Positions 30,485-40,317 of a DNA stretch of 64,000 nt are shown here, piece after piece. The stretch comes from an uncultured Chloroflexia bacterium. Its GTDB lineage: Bacteria > Chloroflexota > Anaerolineae > CG2-30-64-16. Position 1 is the first letter of the stretch. Each line of letters opens with the position of its first letter. The notes beneath the pieces are model-generated. The model was not told the DNA's origin, did not search any database, and saw only the letters and a program-made list of their open reading frames with translations. A program made the position numbers and the translations under genes. The stretch is taken from positions 32,001 through 96,000 of the forward strand of contig CAVZDU010000007.1 in the NCBI GenBank assembly GCA_963774265.1, in the 5' to 3' direction.

Positions 30485-31462
30485 TTATCTACGCCAATGG
30501 ATTTCGGGCCGGCGCCAGTTCCGCAGGCGCCAGATCCAGCCTGCAGGGTAGCCGATCATCTTTGCTACGTCACCCAAGCCGCGAATGGCGGGAACCAGGA
30601 GTATGGCACGGAGCCGCTCCCGCGGGGCGAGGCCCGGCAAGCGTTTGCGAAGGCGCCGGAATGGCGTCCTGCAGTAGGCGATCAATCCTGCGAGGAGGCC
30701 GAGCAGCCACCAGGGTTTGTGGAAAAGGCCAAGCCCGATCAAACCGGGAAGGGCGACCAAATATGTGACATAACGTATCAAGTGTCGTTTGCGCCACAAG
30801 TCTGCCTTACCATCTCCACGGGCATAGCGATAGTACTGTTTTGCGAAGGCTCTGGCCGAGCTCCTGGGGCGAAAGTGTGCCACAGCCGCCGGCGCCCACG
30901 CCAACGATCCCACCTCATCGCGCAAACGGAAATCGAAGATCAAATCCTCACAGTAGTCCAGCCACTCGGGATACCCGCCGGTTGCCTGCCATGCCTCTTT
31001 GGTGAACGCCACGGATCGGCTGGAGGGCAGGAAAGTGGCAGGGTCCACGTCTTCCACGTCCGGCAACACGGTCGCGCCCATGGCGACTTCGTAGGTCGTG
31101 TGCGGATCGCTCACGAAGAAACCTGCGGAGGCCCGAGCATCGCTGTTCACGAGCGGGCTTACCAGCTCGGCCAGCCACTGCGGCTCCAGTCGCACGCCCG
31201 CATCGGTGGCCGCGATGATTTCCCCCATTGCTGCGGCGATGGCGACGTTGCGACCGCGGGAGATGTTGGCGCCGTGCTCGATGAGCACGCGCACGCGCAG
31301 GCGGTCGCGATATTCGTCGATGACCGCCACCGTGTTATCACGCGAGCCGCCATCGACGAAGACTACCTCGTCCGGGGGGCGCGTTTGGGCGACCAGGGAG
31401 TCCATGAGGCGACGGATCGATTCACCTTCATTGAGGACCGTGCAGATGACTGAAACTTGCAT
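30485..31462 (-). CDS. Glycosyltransferase family 2
   Basis: VICTVLNE, VDGGSRD, TDAG, ED motif, C-terminal TMs. Confidence 0.9.
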   Translation of the reverse strand: MQVSVICTVLNEGESIRRLMDSLVAQTRPPDEVVFVDGGSRDNTVAVIDEYRDRLRVRVLIEHGANISRGRNVAIAAAMGEIIAATDAGVRLEPQWLAELVSPLVNSDARASAGFFVSDPHTTYEVAMGATVLPDVEDVDPATFLPSSRSVAFTKEAWQATGGYPEWLDYCEDLIFDFRLRDEVGSLAWAPAAVAHFRPRSSARAFAKQYYRYARGDGKADLWRKRHLIRYVTYLVALPGLIGLGLFHKPWWLLGLLAGLIAYCRTPFRRLRKRLPGLAPRERLRAILLVPAIRGLGDVAKMIGYPAGWIWRLRNWRRPEIHWRR

Positions 31463-31581
31463 GATGTGCGGGCCTGTCACGTAGGATAGGTTACGGTTGA
31501 AATGCCAAAAACCGATGATAATTATATCCACGTAAGGTGGTATCGGCAACGCCGACGGAAAAGGTAAAGGGGAGTGAAGAA

Positions 31582-32676
31582 ATGAGCAAAGTCAGGAAAG
31601 CAGGCTCGCAGCAGGACAAGAGCGGCATGACGGATGCACAACGTGATCTGGCCGGCCTGCTCAGCGGGTTGATGGGGGGACAGGCACCACAGAGTGGCTC
31701 GTCGCTCGGCTCACAAGGGACCGGGTTTCCGGCTGGTGGGGGCAGCAATGAGGTGTCTGATATGCTGGGCGGCTTGCTCGGCAACAGTGGGAGCCAGGTC
31801 AGTGGCGGCCCGAGCACATCATCGGGCGGAGTGGCCCAGCAGGATCCGGCGTCCGTTGGCATGGGTGGCGATGATCTTGCGGGGATGTTGGGCGGCCTGC
31901 TTGGCGGCGGTGGGATGAGCCAGCCGAGCGCGCCCCAGCAGACGTCCAGTGCGGGCGCTGACGACCTTACAGGTATGCTGGGCAGCCTGCTGGGCGGTGG
32001 GACAGGCCAGGCAAGCGCGCCGCAGGAGGATGTGTCGGGCGCGGGCGGTGGCGACCTTATGGGGAGCCTCCTGGGCAGCCTGCTCGGGGGCGGCGGGACG
32101 TCGGGGACGAGCCCCGCTCAGCAAGCGCCCGGCGCGGGCAGCGGCGACCTCCTGGGGAGCCTCCTGGGCAGCCTGCTCGGTGGCGGGATGACAGGAACGA
32201 GTTCGTCTCAGCAGACTTCCGGCGCGGGCGGCGGCGACCTCATGGGCAGCCTTCTGGGCAGTTTGCTGGGCGGCGGCAGTGGCAGCAGTAGCGGCAGCGG
32301 CAGCGGCGGCGCGGGCAGTTTGCTCGGCTCACTGATCGGCAGCTCGCAGGCCAGCAATAACGTTTCTCAGCAAACCGGTGTGGCGCCGAGCCTGGTTCAG
32401 GCGCTGTTGCCGATGCTGATCGGCTTGCTGTTCCGTGGCGATAAGCGCTCCAGCTCACGCGGTGGGGGGATCGATATCGACGGCGATGGCATCCCGGACC
32501 ACTCGGATGAACTAATGGCTCACATGCAGACCGTGCAACGGGGCGGCGACGTGGGTGTGAACGATGTCCGTTCCTCTGGTTACGTGCGTGCGCTTGCCAA
32601 CCAGAGTGGATATCCTGTCGATGAGGTTGCCCCGGCGACCGTCAAGATTCTTCAGGTCCTGGCGCAGCAGCAATAG
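31582..32676 (+). CDS. Gly/Ser/Leu-rich repeat protein, DUF937/YidB-like
   Basis: Repeated D(L/M)xG(S/M)LLG(S/G)LLGGG units; DIDGDGIPD motif; LVQALLPML helix. Confidence 0.65.
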   Translation: MSKVRKAGSQQDKSGMTDAQRDLAGLLSGLMGGQAPQSGSSLGSQGTGFPAGGGSNEVSDMLGGLLGNSGSQVSGGPSTSSGGVAQQDPASVGMGGDDLAGMLGGLLGGGGMSQPSAPQQTSSAGADDLTGMLGSLLGGGTGQASAPQEDVSGAGGGDLMGSLLGSLLGGGGTSGTSPAQQAPGAGSGDLLGSLLGSLLGGGMTGTSSSQQTSGAGGGDLMGSLLGSLLGGGSGSSSGSGSGGAGSLLGSLIGSSQASNNVSQQTGVAPSLVQALLPMLIGLLFRGDKRSSSRGGGIDIDGDGIPDHSDELMAHMQTVQRGGDVGVNDVRSSGYVRALANQSGYPVDEVAPATVKILQVLAQQQ

Positions 32677-32722
32677 GCAAGGTCCGCGAAAACTAAAGTC
32701 ATCACACGATGAGACCTGACGC

Positions 32723-32757
32723 AAGACCTTCGAGGTTTTAAATACCTCGAAGGTCTT
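32723..32757. repeat. REP-like palindrome / bidirectional hairpin
   Basis: AAGACCTTCGAGGT-TTTAAAT-ACCTCGAAGGTCTT. Confidence 0.6.
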
Positions 32758-32812
32758 CGCATTTCGCGCCCGATTTTGGCTGACCTATAGCCGCGCGGTG
32801 TATACTGGCCCG

Positions 32813-34585
32813 ATGACCAATCGCGAGTTCCGCCTCGAGCACGAGCATCGCTACGACCGCCGGGGGCCGGTCCGGTGGATCCTTTCACACCTCGCGCGCT
32901 ATCCGCATTTTCCGCTCCTGGCGCTTCTCGCAGCCACCTTCAACAACTATTTCTACAGCCAGATCCAGGTCAACATCGGTCGGGCGTTCGACTTGATCTC
33001 GACGCCTGGTTGGTCGCGCGGCGCGCTCGCGAGCCTGGCGTTTCTATCGGTCGGCATCGCGCTCGGTCAGGGCACCACTGGGCTGTTGCGCAACTACTCG
33101 GTCGAGTTTGTCGCCGCGCGGATCGAGCGGGACGCCCGCGACGAATTGTATGCCAGCCTCTTGGGCAAGAGCCAGACCTTCCACAACCGCCAACGCATCG
33201 GCGACATTATGGCGCGGGCCACGAACGACGTGAAGATGCTGAACCTGATGTTCAGCCCCGGGTTGATGTTGCTGCTCGATTCGGCGATGGCGGTGGTCGT
33301 GCCGCTGGTTCTCATCGCGCAGATCGACACCCGGCTCCTGCTCGTGCCCGCGTTCTTTCTCGTGGGGCTTGGCCTGACCATCCACGATTATAACCGGCGG
33401 CTCAATCCGGTCAGCCAGGAGATTCGCGAGAAATTCGGCGTGATGAACGCAGGTCTGGCCGAAGCGATCGCGGGTATCGAGGCGGTCAAGTCGAACGTTC
33501 AGGAGCGCTACGAGTGGCTGAAGTTCACGGGCGACGCCCGCAAGGTGCGCGACCTGAACGTGCGCCAGGGCGAAGTGCAGGCACGATATTGGCCGACGCT
33601 GGTCTTTGCACTGGCGTGGGCCGCATCGCTGCTGCACGCGCTGTTGCTCTGGCGCGCGGGCGACCTGACGCTTGGCCGGGCCATCGCCTACCTGGGGCTG
33701 GTAGGCACGCTCCGGTTCCCGACGAACATATCGATCTTCAGCTTCAACCTCGTACAGCTTGGCGCCGCAAGCGCGAGGCGCATCCTTGAGACGATCAACA
33801 CCGAAACCGAGCTTGACGAAAACCCGCGGGGCGTGGCACAGCCGATTCGCGGGCAGGTGCGGTTCGAAGACGTGGGGTTTGGCTATGGCGCGAACGGCGT
33901 CGATGTGAACGGGGCGGTGTTGCACAACGTCAACTTCACCGCGCGTCCGGGCGAGACCATCGCCATCGTCGGGCAGACAGGCTCCGGCAAGTCGACGCTT
34001 ACCCGGCTGATCAATCGCATTTTCGACGTCGATCGTGGTACCGTCACCGTTGACGATATCGATGTGCGTGACTGGAACCTGGAATCACTGCGCTCCCAAA
34101 TCTCCTTCATCGAGCAGGATCCTTTCTTGTTCTCGCAGACGCTGCGCGAGAATATCGCCTTTGGCAGGCCTGATGCAACCGACGATGAGATCGTTGGCGC
34201 AGCCCAGGCTGCGCAGGCGCATGACTTCATCATGAGTTTCAAGGATGGCTATGACACGGAGGTGGGCGAGCGGGGGGTGACCCTTTCGGGCGGCCAGAGG
34301 CAGCGGATCGCCATTGCGCGGGCGTTTCTCACCGATCCGCGCATCCTGATCCTTGATGACAGCACCAGCGCCATCGATAGTGCGACAGAGGATCAGATCC
34401 AGCGCGCGATGCGCCGCATCAGCAGCGCGCGAACCACGTTTCTCATCACCCACCGGCTCAGCCAGATCCGGTGGGCGGATCGTATCCTTGTGCTGCGGCG
34501 GGGCGAACTGGTGGACCAGGGCACGCATGAGGAGCTCCTGGCGCGCTCGCCGGACTATTGCCGTATTTTTGCCAGGTGTAACTGA
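32813..34585 (+). CDS. ABC exporter, fused permease/ATPase (MdlA-like)
   Basis: TMD + GQTGSGKS, LSGGQRQR, ILDDSTS (degenerate site). Confidence 0.93.
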   Translation: MTNREFRLEHEHRYDRRGPVRWILSHLARYPHFPLLALLAATFNNYFYSQIQVNIGRAFDLISTPGWSRGALASLAFLSVGIALGQGTTGLLRNYSVEFVAARIERDARDELYASLLGKSQTFHNRQRIGDIMARATNDVKMLNLMFSPGLMLLLDSAMAVVVPLVLIAQIDTRLLLVPAFFLVGLGLTIHDYNRRLNPVSQEIREKFGVMNAGLAEAIAGIEAVKSNVQERYEWLKFTGDARKVRDLNVRQGEVQARYWPTLVFALAWAASLLHALLLWRAGDLTLGRAIAYLGLVGTLRFPTNISIFSFNLVQLGAASARRILETINTETELDENPRGVAQPIRGQVRFEDVGFGYGANGVDVNGAVLHNVNFTARPGETIAIVGQTGSGKSTLTRLINRIFDVDRGTVTVDDIDVRDWNLESLRSQISFIEQDPFLFSQTLRENIAFGRPDATDDEIVGAAQAAQAHDFIMSFKDGYDTEVGERGVTLSGGQRQRIAIARAFLTDPRILILDDSTSAIDSATEDQIQRAMRRISSARTTFLITHRLSQIRWADRILVLRRGELVDQGTHEELLARSPDYCRIFARCN

Positions 34586-36417
34586 TGGGTTTCATTCTGG
34601 ACGGCCTTGACAGCGAGGCCTACGACCGCAACTACAGCGACCGAGAGCTGGTGCGTCGCGTGCTCGGCTACTTCTGGCCGCATCGCAAGCGGCTGGTGCT
34701 GGTTGCGGCTGCGATCTCGCTGAACTCCCTTGCAGGCAGCGGTGGGCCGATCCTGATCTCAGCCGGCATCGACCTGATGGCGCGCAATCCGTCGACCGCG
34801 GCGATCGCGCTCCTGGCCCTTGGTGTGCTGCTTCTCGGCGCGGTGGCATGGGTCTTCAATTTCATCCAGCAGTGGTTCTCGGCGCGCGTTGTGGGCGATG
34901 TGGTTTTGAAGATACGCGAGGACGTGTTTGCGGCGACCATGCGGCACGATATGTCGTTCTATGACGAGCATCCCTCGGGGAAGGTGGTCAGTCGCGTCAC
35001 ATCGGATACGCAGGATTTGTCCGAGGTGGTCACACTGACCACGAGCCTCCTGAGCCAGATCATGCTGGTGCTGTTCCTGGCCGTGTGGCTGCTCACCATC
35101 AATGCGCGCCTGACGTTGCTGCTGTTGGTCATGGCGCCGGTTGCCGCGGCCTTTGCGTTGAGCTTTCGCCGGATTGCGCGCACGGTGACACAGCGCGCGC
35201 GGCGCGTCACCGCGAAGATCAACGCGCAAATCCAGGAGTCGGTGAGCGGGATCGTGGTTGCCAAGAGCTTCCGGCAGGAACGCGCGATCTATGCAGCGTT
35301 CGCCGCGAACAATACCCAGGCGTACGGCGTCGTGCTGCGCCGCGGGCTGACGCTGGACACGATCTTCCCGATCATCGGCGCGTCATCCGGAATTGGCGTT
35401 GGGGTGCTGGTCTACTTCGGTGGGCTGGCGACCCTGCCGCCCGGGAATATTTCCGTCGGCAATTGGTACCTGTTCATGCAGGCGGTGGGTTTCTTCTGGT
35501 GGCCGATCATCGGCATCGCATCGTTCTGGAGCCAATTCCAGGATGGGCTGGCCGCCGCAGAGCGCGTGTTTGCCCTGATCGATGCGGAGCCGAAGGTGGT
35601 TCAAACAGCAAATAACCCGGCTCCCCAGCTGAGCGGCCGCATTGAGTTCCGTCGCGTTCACTTTACCTACACGCCGAATGCAGAGGAGCAGCGGGGGGGC
35701 GAGATTGTCCTGCCCGACTTCAGCCTGCAGATCCGGCCCAAGGAGACGGTGGCGCTGGTCGGCCACACGGGCGCAGGCAAGAGCAGTGTGGCCCGGCTGA
35801 TCGCGCGCTTCTATGAGTTTCAAGGCGGGGAGTTGCTGGTGGACGGCCGTGATATTCGTTCGTTGGATCTTGCGGATTACCGCCGGCAGATCGGCATCGT
35901 GCCACAGGAGCCGTTCCTCTTTTCAGGCACGCTGCGCGAGAATATCCGGTATGGGCGGCCCGATGCGAGCGATCCCGACGTCGAAGCAGCCGCACGCCGT
36001 GTCGCCGGCGGCGAGTGGGTGGCCGACCTGCCGAATGGGCTGGACACCGACGTTGGCGAGCGCGGCGCCAGCCTGTCCATGGGCCAGCGGCAGCTGGCGG
36101 TGTTAGCGCGGGTGGTTCTCAAGGACCCAGCCATCTTCATCCTGGACGAGGCGACGGCCAGCGTCGACCCGTTCACCGAGGCGCAGATCCAGGACGGACT
36201 TGAGGAAATCATGGCCGATCGGACCGCCATCGTGATCGCCCACCGGCTGTCCACGGTTCAAGCAGCAGATCGCATCGTCGTCATGGACGGTGGGCGTATC
36301 ATCGAAGAGGGCAACCATGACTCGCTCATGGCTGGCGGAGGGCATTACGCCACCCTGTACGACACGTATTTCAGACACCAGTCCTTCGCGTACATCGAAA
36401 GCTCACGGCCCGGTTGA
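34585..36417 (+). CDS. ABC exporter, fused permease/ATPase (MdlB-like heterodimer partner)
   Basis: TMD + GHTGAGKS, LSMGQRQ, ILDEATA, IAHRL. Confidence 0.93.
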   Translation: MGFILDGLDSEAYDRNYSDRELVRRVLGYFWPHRKRLVLVAAAISLNSLAGSGGPILISAGIDLMARNPSTAAIALLALGVLLLGAVAWVFNFIQQWFSARVVGDVVLKIREDVFAATMRHDMSFYDEHPSGKVVSRVTSDTQDLSEVVTLTTSLLSQIMLVLFLAVWLLTINARLTLLLLVMAPVAAAFALSFRRIARTVTQRARRVTAKINAQIQESVSGIVVAKSFRQERAIYAAFAANNTQAYGVVLRRGLTLDTIFPIIGASSGIGVGVLVYFGGLATLPPGNISVGNWYLFMQAVGFFWWPIIGIASFWSQFQDGLAAAERVFALIDAEPKVVQTANNPAPQLSGRIEFRRVHFTYTPNAEEQRGGEIVLPDFSLQIRPKETVALVGHTGAGKSSVARLIARFYEFQGGELLVDGRDIRSLDLADYRRQIGIVPQEPFLFSGTLRENIRYGRPDASDPDVEAAARRVAGGEWVADLPNGLDTDVGERGASLSMGQRQLAVLARVVLKDPAIFILDEATASVDPFTEAQIQDGLEEIMADRTAIVIAHRLSTVQAADRIVVMDGGRIIEEGNHDSLMAGGGHYATLYDTYFRHQSFAYIESSRPG

Positions 36418-36624
36418 TCACCGCGGAAAATCGAAATCCGAGTGGGCGAACTCGAGACCTTGAGACGGGTCTGCGTTTTCACTCGCGATCAGGGGACAGT
36501 AGAGTGGTGACAGGAGTGGGCTTACGTTTATGAGTGCTTTTGCCGTGACATCGAACGCGCCAGTCATGACCACAGCAAAGAGCATCAGGATGCAGGCGAA
36601 AATGAGGTTGCGTCGAGAAAGCAT
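36418..36624 (-). pseudogene. Truncated paralogue of the N-terminus of the TolB-like protein at 37001..38422
   Basis: MLSRRNLIFACILML..VSPLLSPLYCPLIA vs MLSRRGILSACTLVL..VSPLYIPMIA; only 68 codons. Confidence 0.65.
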
Positions 36625-36810
36625 GTGGTTGGGTTCCCTTCTGTTTTGCAGCTTCATCATCCCCGCCGCTTTTGATATCCGGAGGGCGGGGATATTCCTC
36701 GCAACGCGCCTTTTCTTCACGCGTCGCTATCCACTTAGGACTAACGTGCAAATCGGCGCAAGGTAACTCTAGACGAGGCGATGAAGCGCGACCTCCCGCA
36801 TGCCTTCAAA

Positions 36811-36975
36811 CTATATGTGGCTTCCTCCGCTTTCCACCCACGCATCCGCCGTGCTGCGATCGTCGCCCAGGTGCAGATGGGCCATCGTGGCTTCCAGTGC
36901 CACCACGCGCGCCGTCAGGTGGCGGAAGAGCTCGTTGTTCGGATCAGGCAGGCGATCGTGCTGCAGGTCGATCCC
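36811..36975 (-). pseudogene. Orphan duplicate of the cysE 3' end (54 codons)
   Basis: Translates [54 protein letters not shown]; 48/54 aa identical to the CysE C-terminus. Confidence 0.9.
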
Positions 36976-37000
36976 CTTGGGTTGAATTCCTGGGGAAGCA

Positions 37001-38422
37001 CTACGGCACGTAGCGCCATTCTGCGACGGTCAAACGGGTATGTTCAAACGAACGCGGCATGGTCAACCTGGCGCCGGTGCGAGGATTGAGGAGCTGCAAA
37101 GTATCGCCGTTGGGGTCGTAGGCCCTCAGCCAGGGGGAGTGCGGAAGCCAGAGTGGGCTGCAGCTAGCTGGGTCCACCAGTTGATAGACGGGATTGATGC
37201 CATCCACGTTCGCCACGTACAGATCGCAATACCTCAGACGCGCTGTGACGCTGGTGACGAAGGTATAGGCGACCTGCCGACCGTCGTGGGACCACCCGCC
37301 GAAACCTATCGAGCCGAGAAACCAGGTGTGCACCGGTGAAATAGTCAGCGGGGTGAGACTGTCGGTGGTTTGCAGCTTGAGCTGATGATCACTACCAGAC
37401 GTATCCTCGTAGACGACAGCGGTTCCGTCCGGTGAAATGCGATGTACCGCCACACTATGTCCGGGGACGCTGGTTACGAAGGTCGTCGTCGCGCCGGACA
37501 CGGACACAAGGTCAAGAGCGCTTGTTTCGTTGCTTTCGTCGGCTACCCGGCTGACCAGTAGCCTGGCGCCGCCCTCAACCCAGCCGGCCGCGCGTTCGTC
37601 AGCAGGGGTGGTGGCGAGAGGACGCGTTTCGCTGCCATCGGGGCGGGATATGTATACATCCAGGTTCTCCGCACTTTTCTTCTCGTATGCCAGCCATGCG
37701 CCATCGGGCGACCAATCGGCGAACTGATTTATGTCCGATGCCACCAGGGTCACGTTTGATCCATCAGCGTGCGCAGTGTAGAGGTCATCTACGTAATCTT
37801 CATCTTCAGAGTACCTGACGAACGAGATATACTCGCCGGTGGGCGACCACTGGTCGTTCGTCAGGTTGACATCGCCAATCACTGGCGTGAGTGTCGATGC
37901 GGTCGGGGTCGTCACGTAGAGCGCGTTTCCCAGGCCAGCAGGAGCGTCCCGATCATAATTCCAGATGAGAATATTGTTGCCGGACGGCGACCATTGTCCG
38001 CCTTCCGAGCCGGGCAGGTTGCTGATATCGCGCGCATTCGAGCCGTCACTGTTCATCAGCCAGGTATCATTGTATACGCTTGAGGTACCCTTGCCATCGC
38101 CCTGGTTCCACAGAATTAACGTCCCGTCAGGCGACCAGCGTGGATTGGAATCCTGCCAGTCGTTGTCGGTCAGGCGGGTGAGACCGGCGCCGTCAGCACG
38201 GAGCGTGTAGATTTCCGCGTCGAGATCCGGGGGATCCCACGGGGTTAAAAACGAGTAACCTAGCCCGACTATCTGAGACAGGGCGGGTTCGTCGTGCGCG
38301 ATCATGGGAATGTAGAGTGGGCTCACTCCTGGTGCGTTTGCCGCGACGCCGTACGCGCCACTCGCAACCGCTGCCATCAGTACCAGGGTGCAGGCAGAGA
38401 GAATGCCGCGTCGAGAAAGCAT
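37001..38422 (-). CDS. Secreted TolB-like (PD40/WD40 repeat) beta-propeller protein
   Basis: Signal peptide; repeated (P/Q)xWSPDG units. Confidence 0.85.
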   Translation of the reverse strand: MLSRRGILSACTLVLMAAVASGAYGVAANAPGVSPLYIPMIAHDEPALSQIVGLGYSFLTPWDPPDLDAEIYTLRADGAGLTRLTDNDWQDSNPRWSPDGTLILWNQGDGKGTSSVYNDTWLMNSDGSNARDISNLPGSEGGQWSPSGNNILIWNYDRDAPAGLGNALYVTTPTASTLTPVIGDVNLTNDQWSPTGEYISFVRYSEDEDYVDDLYTAHADGSNVTLVASDINQFADWSPDGAWLAYEKKSAENLDVYISRPDGSETRPLATTPADERAAGWVEGGARLLVSRVADESNETSALDLVSVSGATTTFVTSVPGHSVAVHRISPDGTAVVYEDTSGSDHQLKLQTTDSLTPLTISPVHTWFLGSIGFGGWSHDGRQVAYTFVTSVTARLRYCDLYVANVDGINPVYQLVDPASCSPLWLPHSPWLRAYDPNGDTLQLLNPRTGARLTMPRSFEHTRLTVAEWRYVP

Positions 38423-38533
38423 CGGATCGCCTCCTTTCGACTCAACGATGCCATTATCGCGCGGATTGCCCACGCAATCAATGCTTCTGGACTAAATGCA
38501 TCATCACCGGGTCGACGCCGCGCCTCGATGGCG

Positions 38534-39322
38534 TTACTGCCTCGTGCTGAAGTCCGCTGCCCCATATGCCGGTGTCTGCGGGAAACGCACCGTTACCCGG
38601 TCCTGGTAGTCGATGTCGATCGTCCCACCTTCGAGGCTGCACTCCAGCAGGTGGCCCGCGACCTGCCTGTCATCCGAGAGGAAATGCAGATGATATCCGG
38701 GTGCATTCAGCGAAGATAGATACTGCGGAAACCACCAGCCCACGAGGGTCCCGCGGATATCCCCCTGCTCCCAGGTGACCTGCTGGGCTATGACGTCAGC
38801 CAGTGGAGGAAAGGGCTCGCTCTGCCGGGGTATGCTTCGGAACTTGACATACGAGAACCTGCCGTTCAGCCTGATGGCATAGGGCCGGTTGGCCGGCGGC
38901 GCCACCTTTGCCAGATAGTCCTTGAGCAGGTCGTAGCTCGCCAGCGGCGCGGCCAACTCCAGGTGCTGCTCAGGCCAAAAGAAGGTCACGGTGGCGAAGG
39001 GCGTCTCCAGGCTGTTGCCGGCGACGAGCACAGACCCGTCGGAGCGCGCCTGATAGAACTTCCCGTCGAGCGCGATCATCTCGCCGTCCATACCGTCGAA
39101 TGTGCCGATACCAAAGTTGCCCGCCTGCGCCAGTTGGGCGTAGGTCACATCTCCGTCGTACAGCCCCCGCTCCAGCGCAGGGTAGGTGGAGATCTGCGTG
39201 ACCTCATTCGCGGGCGGTGGCAGCGCAGTGCAGCCGGCCAGCATGACCAGGGCGGCGGATAGGGGGATCAGAAATCTGCGCGAGGTGCTCCTGATCGACA
39301 GTCGTAGGGCGAGCTTCGGCAT
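38534..39322 (-). CDS. budA: Acetolactate decarboxylase with lipoprotein-type signal peptide
   Basis: GNFGIGTFDGMDGEMIALDG, TPFA, GYHLHF, GHLL; LAGC lipobox. Confidence 0.9.
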   Translation of the reverse strand: MPKLALRLSIRSTSRRFLIPLSAALVMLAGCTALPPPANEVTQISTYPALERGLYDGDVTYAQLAQAGNFGIGTFDGMDGEMIALDGKFYQARSDGSVLVAGNSLETPFATVTFFWPEQHLELAAPLASYDLLKDYLAKVAPPANRPYAIRLNGRFSYVKFRSIPRQSEPFPPLADVIAQQVTWEQGDIRGTLVGWWFPQYLSSLNAPGYHLHFLSDDRQVAGHLLECSLEGGTIDIDYQDRVTVRFPQTPAYGAADFSTRQ

Positions 39323-39562
39323 TGGACCACTCCTTCTCCCTGACCCGGTGCTGTTGAAGGCGTCGTACGTGGTGGCCACAGGACGACCCCAGTGTAGAAC
39401 CGATGCCCCGTATGCACAAACTCCAGGCCATGCTCGCTCGTAGGTCAACTGGTGCGCGCCACGATTCATGGCCGTCATGAAGAAGGGGTTTGGCACTCAC
39501 TCAGGGGGGATTGAAGAAGCCTCTGAATCATGTTGTCCGTCCCAGATCGTCGCATCAGGCGG

Positions 39563-40270
39563 CTAAATATGGCTGCCGCCGCTCTCCACCCAGGCATCGG
39601 CAGTGATGCGATCGTCGTCCAGGCGCAGGTGGGCCATTGAGGCTTCGAGGGACACCACGCGCGCAGTCAGATGGCGAAAAAGCTCAGTGTTCGGGTCGGG
39701 CAGACGATCGTGCTGCAGGTCGATCCCCTCGTGTTCGGGCATATCGCCGTTGCGGCTTTTGATGCGGCCGGGTATGCCCACCACCACCGAGTACGCGGGC
39801 ACGTCCTTCACCACGACTGAGTTCGCACCAATGCGACTGTGCGCGCCGATGATAATGGGACCCAACACCTGTGCACCCGCACCCACGACGACGTGGTCCT
39901 CCAGCGTCGGATGACGTTTGACCTTTTCCCAGCTCACCCCGCCGAGGGTGACGTTGTGGTAGAGCGTCACATCGTCGCCGATCTCCGCCGTCTCGCCGAT
40001 CACGGTGCCCATGCCATGATCGATGAATAGACCGCGGCCGATCTGCGCGCCCGGGTGAATCTCGATGCCCGTCAGAAAGCGGGAGGCGTTGCTCACGAAG
40101 CGCGCCAGCCATTTGAAGCCGTTGCGCCATAGCGCGTGGCTGATGCGGTGCATCCACACAGCGTGCAGTCCCGGGTACAGGAAAACGATCTCCCAAACGG
40201 ATCGAGCGGCTGGGTCCCGGTCAATCACCGCCTGGATATCTTGGCGCATTGTTACTAACATAGTCATCAC
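39563..40270 (-). CDS. cysE: Serine O-acetyltransferase
   Basis: [37 protein letters not shown]. Confidence 0.95.
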   Translation of the reverse strand: MMTMLVTMRQDIQAVIDRDPAARSVWEIVFLYPGLHAVWMHRISHALWRNGFKWLARFVSNASRFLTGIEIHPGAQIGRGLFIDHGMGTVIGETAEIGDDVTLYHNVTLGGVSWEKVKRHPTLEDHVVVGAGAQVLGPIIIGAHSRIGANSVVVKDVPAYSVVVGIPGRIKSRNGDMPEHEGIDLQHDRLPDPNTELFRHLTARVVSLEASMAHLRLDDDRITADAWVESGGSHI

Positions 40271-40317
40271 CTCGGCGGCCTGGGGCAGGGCCCCAGGCCG
40301 AGTTACGAGATTGGAAC

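Noticed and set aside
31861-32340. DNA repeats as a VNTR or mobile array
   Set aside because: In-frame coding repeats of the Gly/Ser-rich protein.
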